Shown one piece after another: positions 26,118 to 37,291 of a DNA stretch of 41,050 nucleotides; the first letter of the stretch is position 1; the number at the start of each line of letters is the position of its first letter. Position numbers and translations under genes: made by a program. The notes beneath the pieces are model-generated. The model ran no database searches and had not been told where the DNA came from. It saw only the letters and a program-made list of their open reading frames with translations. This DNA comes from Dimargaris cristalligena (Eukaryota): positions 1 through 41,050 of the forward strand of contig ML002332.1 of assembly GCA_003614675.1 (NCBI GenBank), in the 5' to 3' direction.

Positions 26118-27362
26118 ATGTCCATTACTGACCTACAGGTGGTCCGCTCATTGGCGGCCGTACCCCTCTCTATCGTGATCCTTTCAGCATGTGGTGCAAT
26201 CATTCTATTGGCCATCACCATCCTGGTCTATCGCAAAGTACGCGGTAGCTCGGACCTACCCAAATACTCCACTTCGACTTCAACCTCGTCCGAAAGCCGG
26301 CCTTTGCTGGGGTCGGGGGCGGTAAGTGCTGGTACACTGGCCAATGGTGGATATCGGGCGGCTCCTCACACCCGCGCCCAGGGCCCCCCCGCTCCCGGGT
26401 CACCCTATAACCGCGACCGCCAAACCATTATCCCCAGTAGTATCGACGCCCACATCACCATTAGCCCTCTGGTTGGCGGCGGCTCCCCAGTATCCTCCCC
26501 CCTGGCCGTCCAACCCAGTGAAGAAATTGAGGACCTGTACCTGGCCGATGAACTGACATCGAGCCCCGAACTTGCCTCTACATCATTCATTGAGCACCTG
26601 GATCGTCGCAATTTATCACTTCCAGCCAGTAATAGTAGTAGTAGTAGTGGTGGTGGTGACGCGGCTGATGCCAACCGGATTATTGTTGTTATCAGTGATG
26701 AAAATGGGCATGAATCAGCCCGCTTTACGTCGGATTTGGTAGCGGATTCCACCACGGCCACCTCCACGACCGATAGCCCGACCGTAACCCGGCCCGCGTC
26801 GATTAACACCAATCTCCCTGTATATGATACGCTTGACCAAACCGCAGTTCCCAGCCCCGTATCTGAGGTAGATATCGCTGAGACCCCGTCACATCCAGCC
26901 GGCTCGCCCCTTCCCCCCACCGCCGATCGGAGCCTATCTAATCCGGTAGCCTCGACCCCCACGTCGCCTTCCAATGGACCCACGGCCCCTCCCTCATCCA
27001 CCCCCTCCCCTACTAAGCTGCAGTGCACCGACTTCACCCCGTCGCCCGAAGCACTCCCGTCAATACTGGAACGTGCCCCCAAGGCGTTGGCCCAGCTTAA
27101 CTCCAATGCCCCGGAATTTATCCCCGCTGCTGTCAAATCCACAACCCCCTTCGTTGCTCGATGCTGCCTAGATGGGACCGGCCAGTGTGACTCCGAGGCC
27201 TGCCCCCATGTCCGCCCGATAACCGTGTGTCCCGACTATCCCCAATGTAAGGCGGGAAATGATTGCACCCACCAACACCCTGAAGAAACAACACCGGCCC
27301 CTAAGCCCCGCCGCAAGCAAAAGAGGACCCAGAAGAAGAAGGGTGCTCGGCGAGTCCGCTAA
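26118..27362 (+). CDS. Single-pass membrane protein with dileucine motif, long disordered Ser/Thr/Pro region, PAM2 motif, CCCH zinc finger(s) and basic tail (414 aa)
   Basis: accATG start. Hydrophobic helix aa about 12-38 followed by RKVR; ESRPLL; QLNSNAPEFIP; CPDYPQCKAGNDCTHQHP; C-terminal KPRRKQKRTQKKKGARRVR. Confidence 0.85.
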   Translation: MSITDLQVVRSLAAVPLSIVILSACGAIILLAITILVYRKVRGSSDLPKYSTSTSTSSESRPLLGSGAVSAGTLANGGYRAAPHTRAQGPPAPGSPYNRDRQTIIPSSIDAHITISPLVGGGSPVSSPLAVQPSEEIEDLYLADELTSSPELASTSFIEHLDRRNLSLPASNSSSSSGGGDAADANRIIVVISDENGHESARFTSDLVADSTTATSTTDSPTVTRPASINTNLPVYDTLDQTAVPSPVSEVDIAETPSHPAGSPLPPTADRSLSNPVASTPTSPSNGPTAPPSSTPSPTKLQCTDFTPSPEALPSILERAPKALAQLNSNAPEFIPAAVKSTTPFVARCCLDGTGQCDSEACPHVRPITVCPDYPQCKAGNDCTHQHPEETTPAPKPRRKQKRTQKKKGARRVR

Positions 27363-30300
27363 GTGCCGTTCATTCCCCAGTTCCCCCGAACAACCCAGCA
27401 CACTTGAAGAAGAAAGAAATAATAATAACAACAGTAACACTGACTCAGTTGTGATGATCAACTTACTCACTCATGAGTCACTGGAATGGAAGTGAAAGAT
27501 CCTTTTACATCTTGACGAGAGACATGTGATTTTATATTGAACCCTTTTTATTTGCACCAATGTTGGCAATAGTGATGTTGGCCATGATTGGTGGTGGCTC
27601 TGTGGGTGAATATTGGAGAGGGGGGGTCAGAGAGATCAGGCAGAGGGTATAGTTTGATGGTGCAAGCTGCTGGTTGACGGCAGACTATCCACCCATTCAA
27701 TTCGGATTCGACCAAAGCTCTGATTTAATTAATGTTGCAATATCTCTGGGGTTCATTGTTATTACGATTGGTATATTATCTTCAGGTAGCTTTTTATTAT
27801 TAATATTATTATTTTTATATCGTACTCCACCGTCGGATGACTCATAGTATGAGTATTACTACTATCACTACCATTATGTACTATACGGCCGTCGAATCAC
27901 ATATAGCCCATGTGGCTAACCGAGATCAGATTGTTGTTGGGCACCAACCTACCGCATTGCCTTTCATTATTAGGACAAAATTACCATTAAACAGCTAAAA
28001 TACGTCACTGATCGTGGATTGAATAAAGGGTCTCGATTGGGGATGAATTATCTAAGCTTGTGGGGATTGCCCTATCGAAGCAGTAGGTCGTTTTATAGCA
28101 GGGCCCGTTTAATCCCTATAGGTAGGTGTGGCTTGTATCACACTGGCCAGATCAGCAGAACCGGTTGATTGGATAGAGTGGGTTACAGCCAAGCAACATT
28201 TAAGGTTGCTCGCTACGTATCATTATGGTTATGGTTATGGCTGGGGGAGATATACCTCGCCGCCCAGAGAACGGGGCCGGTGGTGGTTCATTTATTATAA
28301 ATTAGGCCAGGTTATATTGGGATGGGTTGATAACAGTTGTATAGTAGCAGGAGAATATGGTCCACAAGTGTACGTTTGAAGAAGGGGAAGTCCAAAACAG
28401 TGGGGGGAGATCCACTCCAGGATTCGTGTGGGCCCCTCCTCTTTCCTTCCCAAATTCCGGTTAATTTTAGCGACCCCTGAATCATGAGCCCCTTTCGTTG
28501 TTTCGCTTAGTAAGTATTGTCTACAGCAGGAGGGCAACGTGTTGCTGCTGACATGTGTGTGTGTAATTCGGGGAGAATGGTTTTTTATAATTCGACCTCC
28601 CCTGATGAGTGGTGGGGTTCTTATCACCTCCAGGGTACGTACATGTATCCCCCAACGCCAATTGATGTTGACGCTTGGATTTGAAAAGGTATAATAAATT
28701 ACCTCACCCATTAATTATTCCACTGGTATAGCAGCTGATGATGATATGTGAGAGCTGGAGAGGGTGAAGTAGGGGAAGGGATGGACGCGTACAGTGGCCC
28801 CCCTGGCTTCGCTCATTGTCGACCCCACGGGTAAGGAGACGCAGACAATCCTGGGGCTTGGTACTGTATGGGGGACACCCCTCCCCACCATCACGGTGCA
28901 CGCGTCCCACCACCACCCAGTTCCAGTTCCAGTTTTAGTTCGCAGTCGCCTTATCCATCATGTTATTAGTATCTCCCCTGGTTGTGAGAGTGAAAGTGAA
29001 AGTGAGAGAGAGAGAGAGAGGTGTGTTTGGGCCACGGCGATTAGTGGATGGGCGAGTGTGTGGCGGCAGCCAACTACCAACCACACAGTAGGAGGTGGGA
29101 CATTAGTTGGAGGTGAGCCGTGGGATATTCCCCCGCGGACCAGTTAGGAGAGAGTATAGGAGCGAGCGAGTGAGTGAGTGAGGAAGGAGATGATAGCCAG
29201 CCAGTGGCGATCGCTATTATGTCTCTCTCTCACTTTCACTCACATCCGCCGTTTTTTTTCCAGTTGGGAAGGCGGGTATTTGGATATAAGGAAGGCGGGT
29301 ATTTTATGGTGTGGGGTCCCCCTACCCTCCCGTGATCCGTTTCGCGTCTTTCTCTCTCTCTCTCTCTCTTTCTTCACATTTTTCTTTCCCTTCCCCTGCT
29401 TTTTTTATATCTAATTTATTATTTTCTTTTATTTGTCCCGCTTGCCCCATACTCGGTAAGTCGCGTCGTTCTTCTATTCGTCCGTTTCTGCCGTTTCCCC
29501 CATCCATTGTCCCATTTTCTCTTTCCTCCTATCCTATCCTATCCTTAGCTTGGCCTCCTTTTGGGCCGCTGCATAGTAGTATAGCCAGAGTCTCCTTCGC
29601 CTACGTACGGAGAGATTCCCCCCGTTCTTAGGACACCGATCCACACCCCCTCCGCTAAACCAGCCCTGCCTTTACATGCTCGTTTCTCTTTCCCATTCTA
29701 TTTCGGTTTGGACTTTCCCTTTCTTCCTTTCCCTCCTCTAACCCCCCTCTCCCCCATTCTCTCCACACTTTCGCTGGGAATTCCCTCGTCGCTTCGATTC
29801 CACGTCCGACTAGTTCCCTCGTCTTTGTAACGCGAAAGTGTGGTTCGACTCGTTACTAAGCCCGCTTAGTACTACTTGTAGTTTAGCTCCTCATTTCAGG
29901 CTTGTTTACCCTTTCTGCCTAACCGCATAACTGAACCTTCCAGGTATACAGCCCCCCTCCACTCATCCACAGCCTCCCGGTTATCCGTGTATACTTCTCG
30001 GCTGTCCAAAATCATCATTTTTATATATATTATAGAACCATATTGTTCGACCCAGCTACCTAGTGTCGTCGCTTTCAGGTAGGTTATCTATACATAATTG
30101 TGGGAGTAATCCCCGTATGGATTTGGTCTCACCGCAGTAAGTGGGGTAGTGCCGAGCGGGGTTTGCTTAACCACCACCACCCCCCAGTCTCGTAAAGTTC
30201 ATTCATGCATTTATTCATCGTTATTCGTTCGGGCTTACTTCATACCCCACGGTTCTCCGATGTGTGTGTCCCTTTTACCGGGATATGCATACATTCCATT

Positions 30301-30588
30301 ATCGCTGCATATATTCACGATATCGTCCCGTTCTTCTATAAATATCTCCTTTTTCATATGATTCCAACCTTGACCTGTCGCTCTTACCTCTTGATTTTCT
30401 CCTGTTGCCCTAATCCCTATCCCCTCGCGAACCTTCGGCAATCCATATTACTGTCTATAAACTAATATAATGTCCCTCCATACCTTTTCATGTCTATTTG
30501 CTCCCATCTGCCTTCGACCGGGTCATATCCCTGGATCATCCATTAACTACAATCTATACCCAAGGTAGTCCCGAATCCTCAATTACTC

Positions 30589-33092
30589 ATGAACCCGTCG
30601 CATGACCCCGCCTTCTCAGAGCACTCGTAAGTCCACCCCTTTAATATACATATATTCCCATTCTCCCTATCGAATTTCGACGGGAAATCCGGCCCCATTC
30701 CTTCTACTTGAGAGAGAATTACTAATACCCCTCGTTAACAACCCGCCTTTCCACCCCGTGTGCTTCTCGACTCCAATTGATAAATTCTAACCTACCCTTA
30801 CCTGAACCATCTGCGCACATGTCCCTCTTTTCCAGCCCTAATAATGATCATAGTTTAGTTTCCGACCCCATGAGTATTAGCTCCCCAGTCGAACCCCCTA
30901 CCGATTACCACCCGCCTTTTGCCGCCAAGGCCCCGCGATCCGACTATAGCAACGGCCACGGCCTATCCTCTGCACCCACCGACAGTCGTGGATCCAAGCC
31001 CCTGTCTAACCCGCCCTCCCACCCGTCAGACTATGTGCCATCTACCCCATCTAACCGACCATCCAACGGAACCTCATCGCTGGACTCTCAACATAAATCG
31101 TACCCGCCCATGTCGAAAGAACAAACCAAGTACTGTCAGGCCATTGTGCGGTCTATGAAGCGGCACCGGGACGCCGGCCCCTTCTTGGAGCCCGTTGATC
31201 CCGTTAAACTCAATATTCCCGACTATACCTCCATTGTGAAAAACCCCATGGATATAAGTACCGTCGAAAAGAAACTGACCTCTGGTCAATACGCCGACGT
31301 CAGTCGATTTATATCCGACGTGGAATTGATTTTCGCCAACTGTGTTTTATACAACGGGTCCGAATCCGTAATTGCCAAGATGGCCCAAAGTCTTGAACGG
31401 TTGTTTAATAACCAGGTAAAGAAGATCCCCAACTGGCCCCCCGCGGGTGGTCGTGGCGTCGCATCCAAGAAGCCGCCCGCCAAATCCAAGGACCCGTCCA
31501 CTACGACTCACCTTCCCATATCCCGGACTCCGAGCGACCACCGGATTAAGCGGGATAATCCGCCGCCCGGTCGGGATCCTTCCACCCCCATTGATGCCGC
31601 GCTCCAGCGACGTCGCTCTCGCCCCGGCTCCGACCCCCAGCTCAAATTCTGCCACCAAGTGATTCGGGAGTTATTCAAAAAGTCCCACGCCAGCTTCGCT
31701 TATGCCTTTTACGAGCCAGTGGACTACGTGACCCTGAATATTCCTGACTACCCCCACATCGTCAAACAGCCTATGGATCTAACTACCCTCAAGAAGAGAC
31801 TGGAGAGTGGCCAGTACGACAATGCCGATGAATTTGAAGCCGATGCGCGCCTAATTTTCCACAACTGCTATCTTTTTAATCCCCCAGATAACCCCGTTCA
31901 CCAAATGGGGCGCATGCTAGAAGACGTCTTTAACAAGAAGTGGTCCGAGCTACCACCTCCCATGACCCCCGGATCGGCCGCCCTTTCCCCACCACCACAG
32001 CCCCGGGAGCCCGTTCGGACCCACCCACCTACTTCGCAAACCCGGGTGATCCACGACGACGAGCCATCGGACGACCAAATGTCGGAGGTGGAACAGAATG
32101 ACGACATTGCCGAGTTTGAGCGTCACTTGGAAAAGATGGCCCGCCAACTAGAAGTCATGAAGCAAGCTAAGCGCAAGCAGAAGGGGGGTGAGGTCTCGAC
32201 ACCTCCCTCCGTTCATCGGCGTAAGTCGTCCACCAAGCCACCCTCCCACCCGTCCCCACTGGCTGCTCCGCCTCGGGGACGGACAGAGCGTCCTACTGAT
32301 GCCCCCCGTAAGCGATCGCAAAGTTCGGTTGGTGGGTACGGCAGTGGTTCGGACGATGCTCCTAATTTGGGTCTCGCCCCCGCGGGTGGCGTTCGGGAGA
32401 TTACCTATGAACAGAAGCAGGAGCTCAGCGATGGTATAAGCAAGCTCTCCCCCGATCACATGGTCGAAGTCGTTTCGATTATTCGGAGCTCTATGCCCGA
32501 GATTAATGATACGGCCCAGGACGAGATTGAACTGGATATCGATTCCCTGGATCGGAACACCCTCTGGCGACTCTACTCCTTCGTTCGGGAACACACCCAT
32601 CCCCCGCCCAAGAAAGTCCGCCGGGTAAGCCAAACGGTCAATAGCTATACTGCGCCGATGCCCCCACCCCAAGCTGGCCACCCACCTGCTGGGAAGCGTC
32701 AGCGGTTGCAATCGGCGGTTATGGAAATGGATCAAACCCGGCGCATTAGTCAGCTGGAGGAAAAACTGCGGCAGTTTGATTCTGTTGTTCGGGCGTCCCC
32801 TAAACGTAAGTACCTTATTGGGTTGGACTCGAACGATCGTCCTATTTTTTTGTATTCCCGCATTGGTTCACGGGTGGACCCTTGGGCCAACGCCATGCCG
32901 ATTGATTATTGTTTAACCTAATGTATCTGTATGTATATTCATCATATTTTGTCCCGTATATTCTCCCCCTTATTAGACCACGAGAGCGAGATTGACATCG
33001 AGCGTGAAGATGACTACAATAGTAGCAGCGATAGTGGCAGCTCCAGCGACTCCGGATCCGATTCCGATGATTCAGGTAGCCAAAGCGACTAA
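30589..33092 (+). CDS. BDF1: BET-family protein (Bdf1-like: two bromodomains + ET domain + SEED tail), short form; exons 30589-30626, 30836-32805, 32977-33092 (about 707 aa)
   Basis: BD1 (PFLEPVDPVKLNIPDYTSIVKNPMDISTVEKKL..FANCVLYNG), BD2 (FYEPVDYVTLNIPDYPHIVKQPMDLTTLKKRL..FHNCYLFNP), ET domain (ITYEQKQELSDGISKL..EIELDIDSLDRNTLWRLYSFV) and a Ser/Asp-rich last exon. Introns 30627-30835 (GTAAGT..CAG, phase 2) and 32806-32976 (GTAAGT..TAG, phase 1) keep frame. The first exon is less certain; an alternative ATG lies at 30819. Confidence 0.92.
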
Positions 33093-34459
33093 GCTTCCTT
33101 TTTTTGATTACATAGCCATATGTTATTGGCTCTTATCTTGTGTGCAGCTAAGTTCCCCGCTTCTTATTTCCATCTTTCCCAGTCGTACATGCCCCGTACT
33201 CCACGCGTTGGGGATACGAGTCCATTTTAATCCCCCTTTCCTCCCTTAGAGCTGTTTTGTGCTTCGCCGGACGCCTGATTTTAGGCGGCTCCACCTTTCC
33301 TATTATACCCATCACCCGAGCCCTGTGGTCCATATCCCACCCGTACCTCTTTTTCGACCTCTCTATGCTTACTCTTCGATTGCTACGGATTATGCCCCTC
33401 CGACTCCGTTTTTCGGGGGAGTGTGGTCGTTTGTCAGCTCACCTGGTTTGGTTCTTCCCTTTGCACTAGTGTTGGCTTCTGGATTTATTTTTTCCGCGAC
33501 ACCCTGTATGCGTTTTCGGTTCTTCGACGGTGGTTCGAGATGTTGTGAGTGAAAGGTGAGAATACGGGGGAGGAGTGGAGCGGTCGGTCTAATACGAGAT
33601 GGGTCGATTTTTGTGCGGATTGGGAATCTAGGCTTTTAAACCTACGTCTTCTTTATATTTTGAGGTCCAAGTCCATGTCACCCACCATGACTTCGGGGAC
33701 CCCTGTAATTTTTCTTGGGAGGTCAGCCCACCGTTTCCGGAAGAAAGGGGAGTTATTGCGACCCTTTATTTCCCATTCCCATTCCCATCGGTTCAATTAT
33801 TGTTTTCATTGCTGGTCAAGCCGACACGGTCACGGATACATGTGTGGATATGATTGCTGGGTCTGGGTCTTGTGGACTTTTCTCTTTGGCTGTAGGTGTT
33901 TTGTCATTCTACTGCCCGCGGGGTGGAACTCGTTCTTTTATATTTCTCTTTCAGACACTGAGCGTACGCTTGGCTGCTTGTATTTTTGGGGCTGGTGCTC
34001 CACAACCCCCAACCCCCTTTTCTTTCTTATTATCCCCATGTAACTCCTACCTACTCTCGCTGTCGGTATTTTTATCCCCTGTAAAAAGTTTCTCCCTTAA
34101 TGATTGTTATAGCCTGCTACTAGTTTAGATCTGTTCCGCCTATTCATTAGTCCCTTCCGATTCTCCTTCATTTATCCATGACTACGTGTCGCGATATTTA
34201 TTTATTTCCGTCCTCAGTATTTGGTTAGATACTGTTTTTTTTTTCGATATCCATTACGTTCCCCACCCGCACTTCTCACTCCTCCCATTTCATCCTCGAT
34301 CGGACGTTACACTTAGGTTGTTTGTGAAAGGGTGTGTTTCCTTAATATTTGGTGTGGTGGCGGGACAATGGCCGGTCGTACCTACTTTGGGAATCCTAAG
34401 CGACCGTTGCAGTTTTTCTTTTAATTATTATACCTTTCAACTTATCGTACTGGGTGACT

Positions 34460-34465
34460 AATAAA
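34460..34465 (+). terminator. Candidate polyadenylation signal AATAAA for the short BET transcript
   Basis: AATAAA at the end of a long T-rich, 3'UTR-like tract following the stop at 33092. Confidence 0.35.
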
Positions 34466-35452
34466 TCAATCACCCACGGCATCGGCTATTCAAATTAATA
34501 ACTTGACTGCCCCTCTTCCTTACTTTCCCTTCGAACCGTTTCACTCTCCAAACCCGACCCCCCCTCCCCAGCTCTTCCCCTATTTTCCCAATTATAAGCT
34601 CGCTCGTCCTCTCTGCTATTGTGGATTCCGGAAACCATACTTGGGATCAGTATGTCGACTGTTTCTATTAATTAACAGTTGTCGGATATCAGGGTTCTGA
34701 TCTCTATTGGTCTTTTTTCATATTCCTCTTTGAGGCATGGACCTTTAGCGGCTCCCGATTTCCTTTTTCCCCAGATTTTTGATGTGCTTTTTCTCAGGGC
34801 ATTGTGGGTGGTGGGACTTTGGGACTGGTAAGGTTGGATGGTGAAGGTTGGAACGGTGAGGTTTGGACTCTAATGTATCGAAGGAGGTGTGTCTTGGAAG
34901 TGGGGAAATACGCGGTCTGATGGGAATCGACTGTTGAATAGGTGCACTTTGTTGAGTATATTCTGGTCTTGTTACTGCGAATCTTTGATACGTGTTCCCT
35001 TCACCAATTATTAATTGTTAGGAACCTTATATGCGATACTTTGGATTCCAAATATGGGGTTTGTATCCTTGATACTTTTGCTAACCCCTTTTTATTAATT
35101 TCCATGCCAGAAATTGTGTGGCAATGGAATGGTAGAAAGAATTCGTCCTAGAGTATATATATTTCTGCGCTGACTGACTGACCATTATTACTACCCTCTG
35201 TATGTTTATTTATTAATCATTCGTTATTGATACTCGCCGATTGATCTATCATGTCTCTATCGATCAATTTATGGTAAGTTACCCCTGCCTAATCCTTGGT
35301 GCTCGCTCTTTTCTGACTGATTCGGGGGTTCATACCCTATTTCCCCGGACTAGTATAATCGGAACAACTGTGTTCTCAATCATTATCTGTATCATTTGTC
35401 TACCGCATTTTGATTTTCCCTGTTGTAATGACAAATAGTCGGTATGTCTTAG

Positions 35453-37291
35453 ATGCACCGAGACGGGCCACTAAAGGGCCCAAGGTCACTCTCAATGTAG
35501 CCCATAAGCAACCCGGTGTCTATGCTAATAGTATTTCCTTTGACATCGCACCAGCCCCAGTGGCGGGTCGTTCAGACTCTAACTCTCATCCACTGTCGTA
35601 TTCTCCCGGCCCACGGTTCGAACATCAACACGTGGAAAATACACAAGGGATGGTTGAAAGCCCCACTGTCCCTCAGGATCAGGTACGTCCTATAGATAGC
35701 ACTATTTATACCTTGGATATTATTGTAGTCTTCCATAGAGGAAGGCCCTGTGGTAATGTATATGTGTTTTTTTTTTGCATACGCAGCACTAATCACGGCT
35801 TCGCCCCTACTTACCAGTACAAAAAGATACTTGGTCATTCATTGGCTTAGATCACAACATTGAGCCTAACTAACTTTACGTACTCCACTATATTCCTATT
35901 GACCTCGTCGGGCTGGCTCGCCAGATAACATTGACTAATGTTGACCACTGGGCGGCCCTTGTTAGCGAGACGGATGTCCTCGACGGTGAAGACAATGGTT
36001 CCATAAAGTTGCTGTTAGGTACTTCTCCTGAGTCGGTACCAGCACCCGACGTCCAGGTAAGGCATCCGTTTAAATATTCTGATCGTTTTTTTACTTTGGG
36101 GTTCGTCTGCCTTATTTTTGTAGCCACCGGTGCGATTACCCATGTCCGCCCATTTGCAGACAATTGAGATTATATCGTTGTTGATGGATGCACCATTTAT
36201 TTAAGAGGCCTCTCAACTGACCATTGTATTTTTTTGTGTTTCTAATTTCACGTCTCCTGCTTCTACTCTAGGGTCATCAGTCAATCAACAGACCGCCGAC
36301 CGTCGCTGTATCAAGTCCGATTCAAGCCCCAGAACCAGAGCGTAAGATTAAACTGCCCGTTCAACGGCGCCAGAAACTAATCGAAGAGGAGAATGAACGG
36401 CTTCGGTACCAGAAGATGCTGGCCCAACGAGCCGAGCTCCGGCAGCGTCGCCAAGAAGAACGATTGGAGCGGGAACGCCAGGATCGGGCCATTACCGGTA
36501 TTATGGCCGATCGTCGTATTGTCCATGCATTTGAAAAGACCTTGCCTGTTAAGCACGATTGGGACCGGATGGAGCGAGAACGTATTCGGTTAATTGGCTC
36601 GGTGTTGGGCGTCCACCGTCGGTCCCGTGCCACTGGGTCGGGTCCTGTCACTCCGAGCGCCCCTTATGCGGCGACCTCGCCATTGCCGGGTACCCCGCAT
36701 GGGTTCGCCCCCACAAGCCCAATGGATATCATGGGCTCAATACCCACGCGTGATCCCTTCCACCGGCCCGCCACATCACCAACGTCCCCACGGGCGCCAC
36801 CGAGCCACTTGTCACCTGATTTGCGCCCTGATGGCAACGATGACATTAAGGGAAAATACCTCGAGTATGTTGCTCACGAACCAACCTCCGCCCCCCTTTC
36901 TCAACAGCCATCTCCAGCCGACATGGGTCCCAGCCACGTTTCTTCGCCGATTCTAGGCTATGAGGAGGGTCCATCGCGGTCGGCCGCTCATGGTGGTGCC
37001 TTTTCGTTTTCGTCGAACTCTTCCTCCCCCCACATTACCAGTGACCTAGGTATGATGGCGGTGGATGACCCGCCCTCATCCAAGCGGTCATCAGGTGAAC
37101 TGAGTGAGGCATCTACTACGCCACGAACTGATTCTCAGCCTCTCCAATCAACCCTAAAATCGGCTGCCAGTTCTGGTTCGTCCCGCGTGGACTGCTCGGC
37201 CCTGGCTGCCAATATTCCGATTGTAGCATCCGGCCCTATTGAAGATGTCGAAATGGAATACGATACCGAAGAGGGCGAGTTGGTGATGTGA
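35453..37291 (+). CDS. Three coding exons (35453-35682, 35925-36056, 36272-37291): either the C-terminal extension of a long BET isoform or a stand-alone coiled-coil protein (alternative first exon 35251-35273 spliced to 35439)
   Basis: Phase-0 introns 35683-35924 (GTACGT..CTAAC..CAG) and 36057-36271 (GTAAGG..CTAAT..TAG) join open frames. The product has ITLTNVDHWAALV, an Arg/Glu coiled coil ending IVHAFEKTL, a disordered tail and a terminal EEGEL. The 5' connection is ambiguous. Confidence 0.75.

Noticed and set aside
26405-27142. Long antisense ORFs over real genes (also 12054-12587, 14388-14795, 32148-32735)
   Set aside because: Expected shadows of GC-rich coding sequence.
29835-29860. 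tRNA B-box-like GGTTCGACTC (also partial matches near 3815 and 18900)
   Set aside because: No T-stem pairing or cloverleaf could be built.
32806-32921. C-terminal RKYLIGLD...YCLT tail of the 714-aa ORF
   Set aside because: Read-through into a GTAAGT...TAG intron; the SEED exon at 32977 is the expected BET ending.
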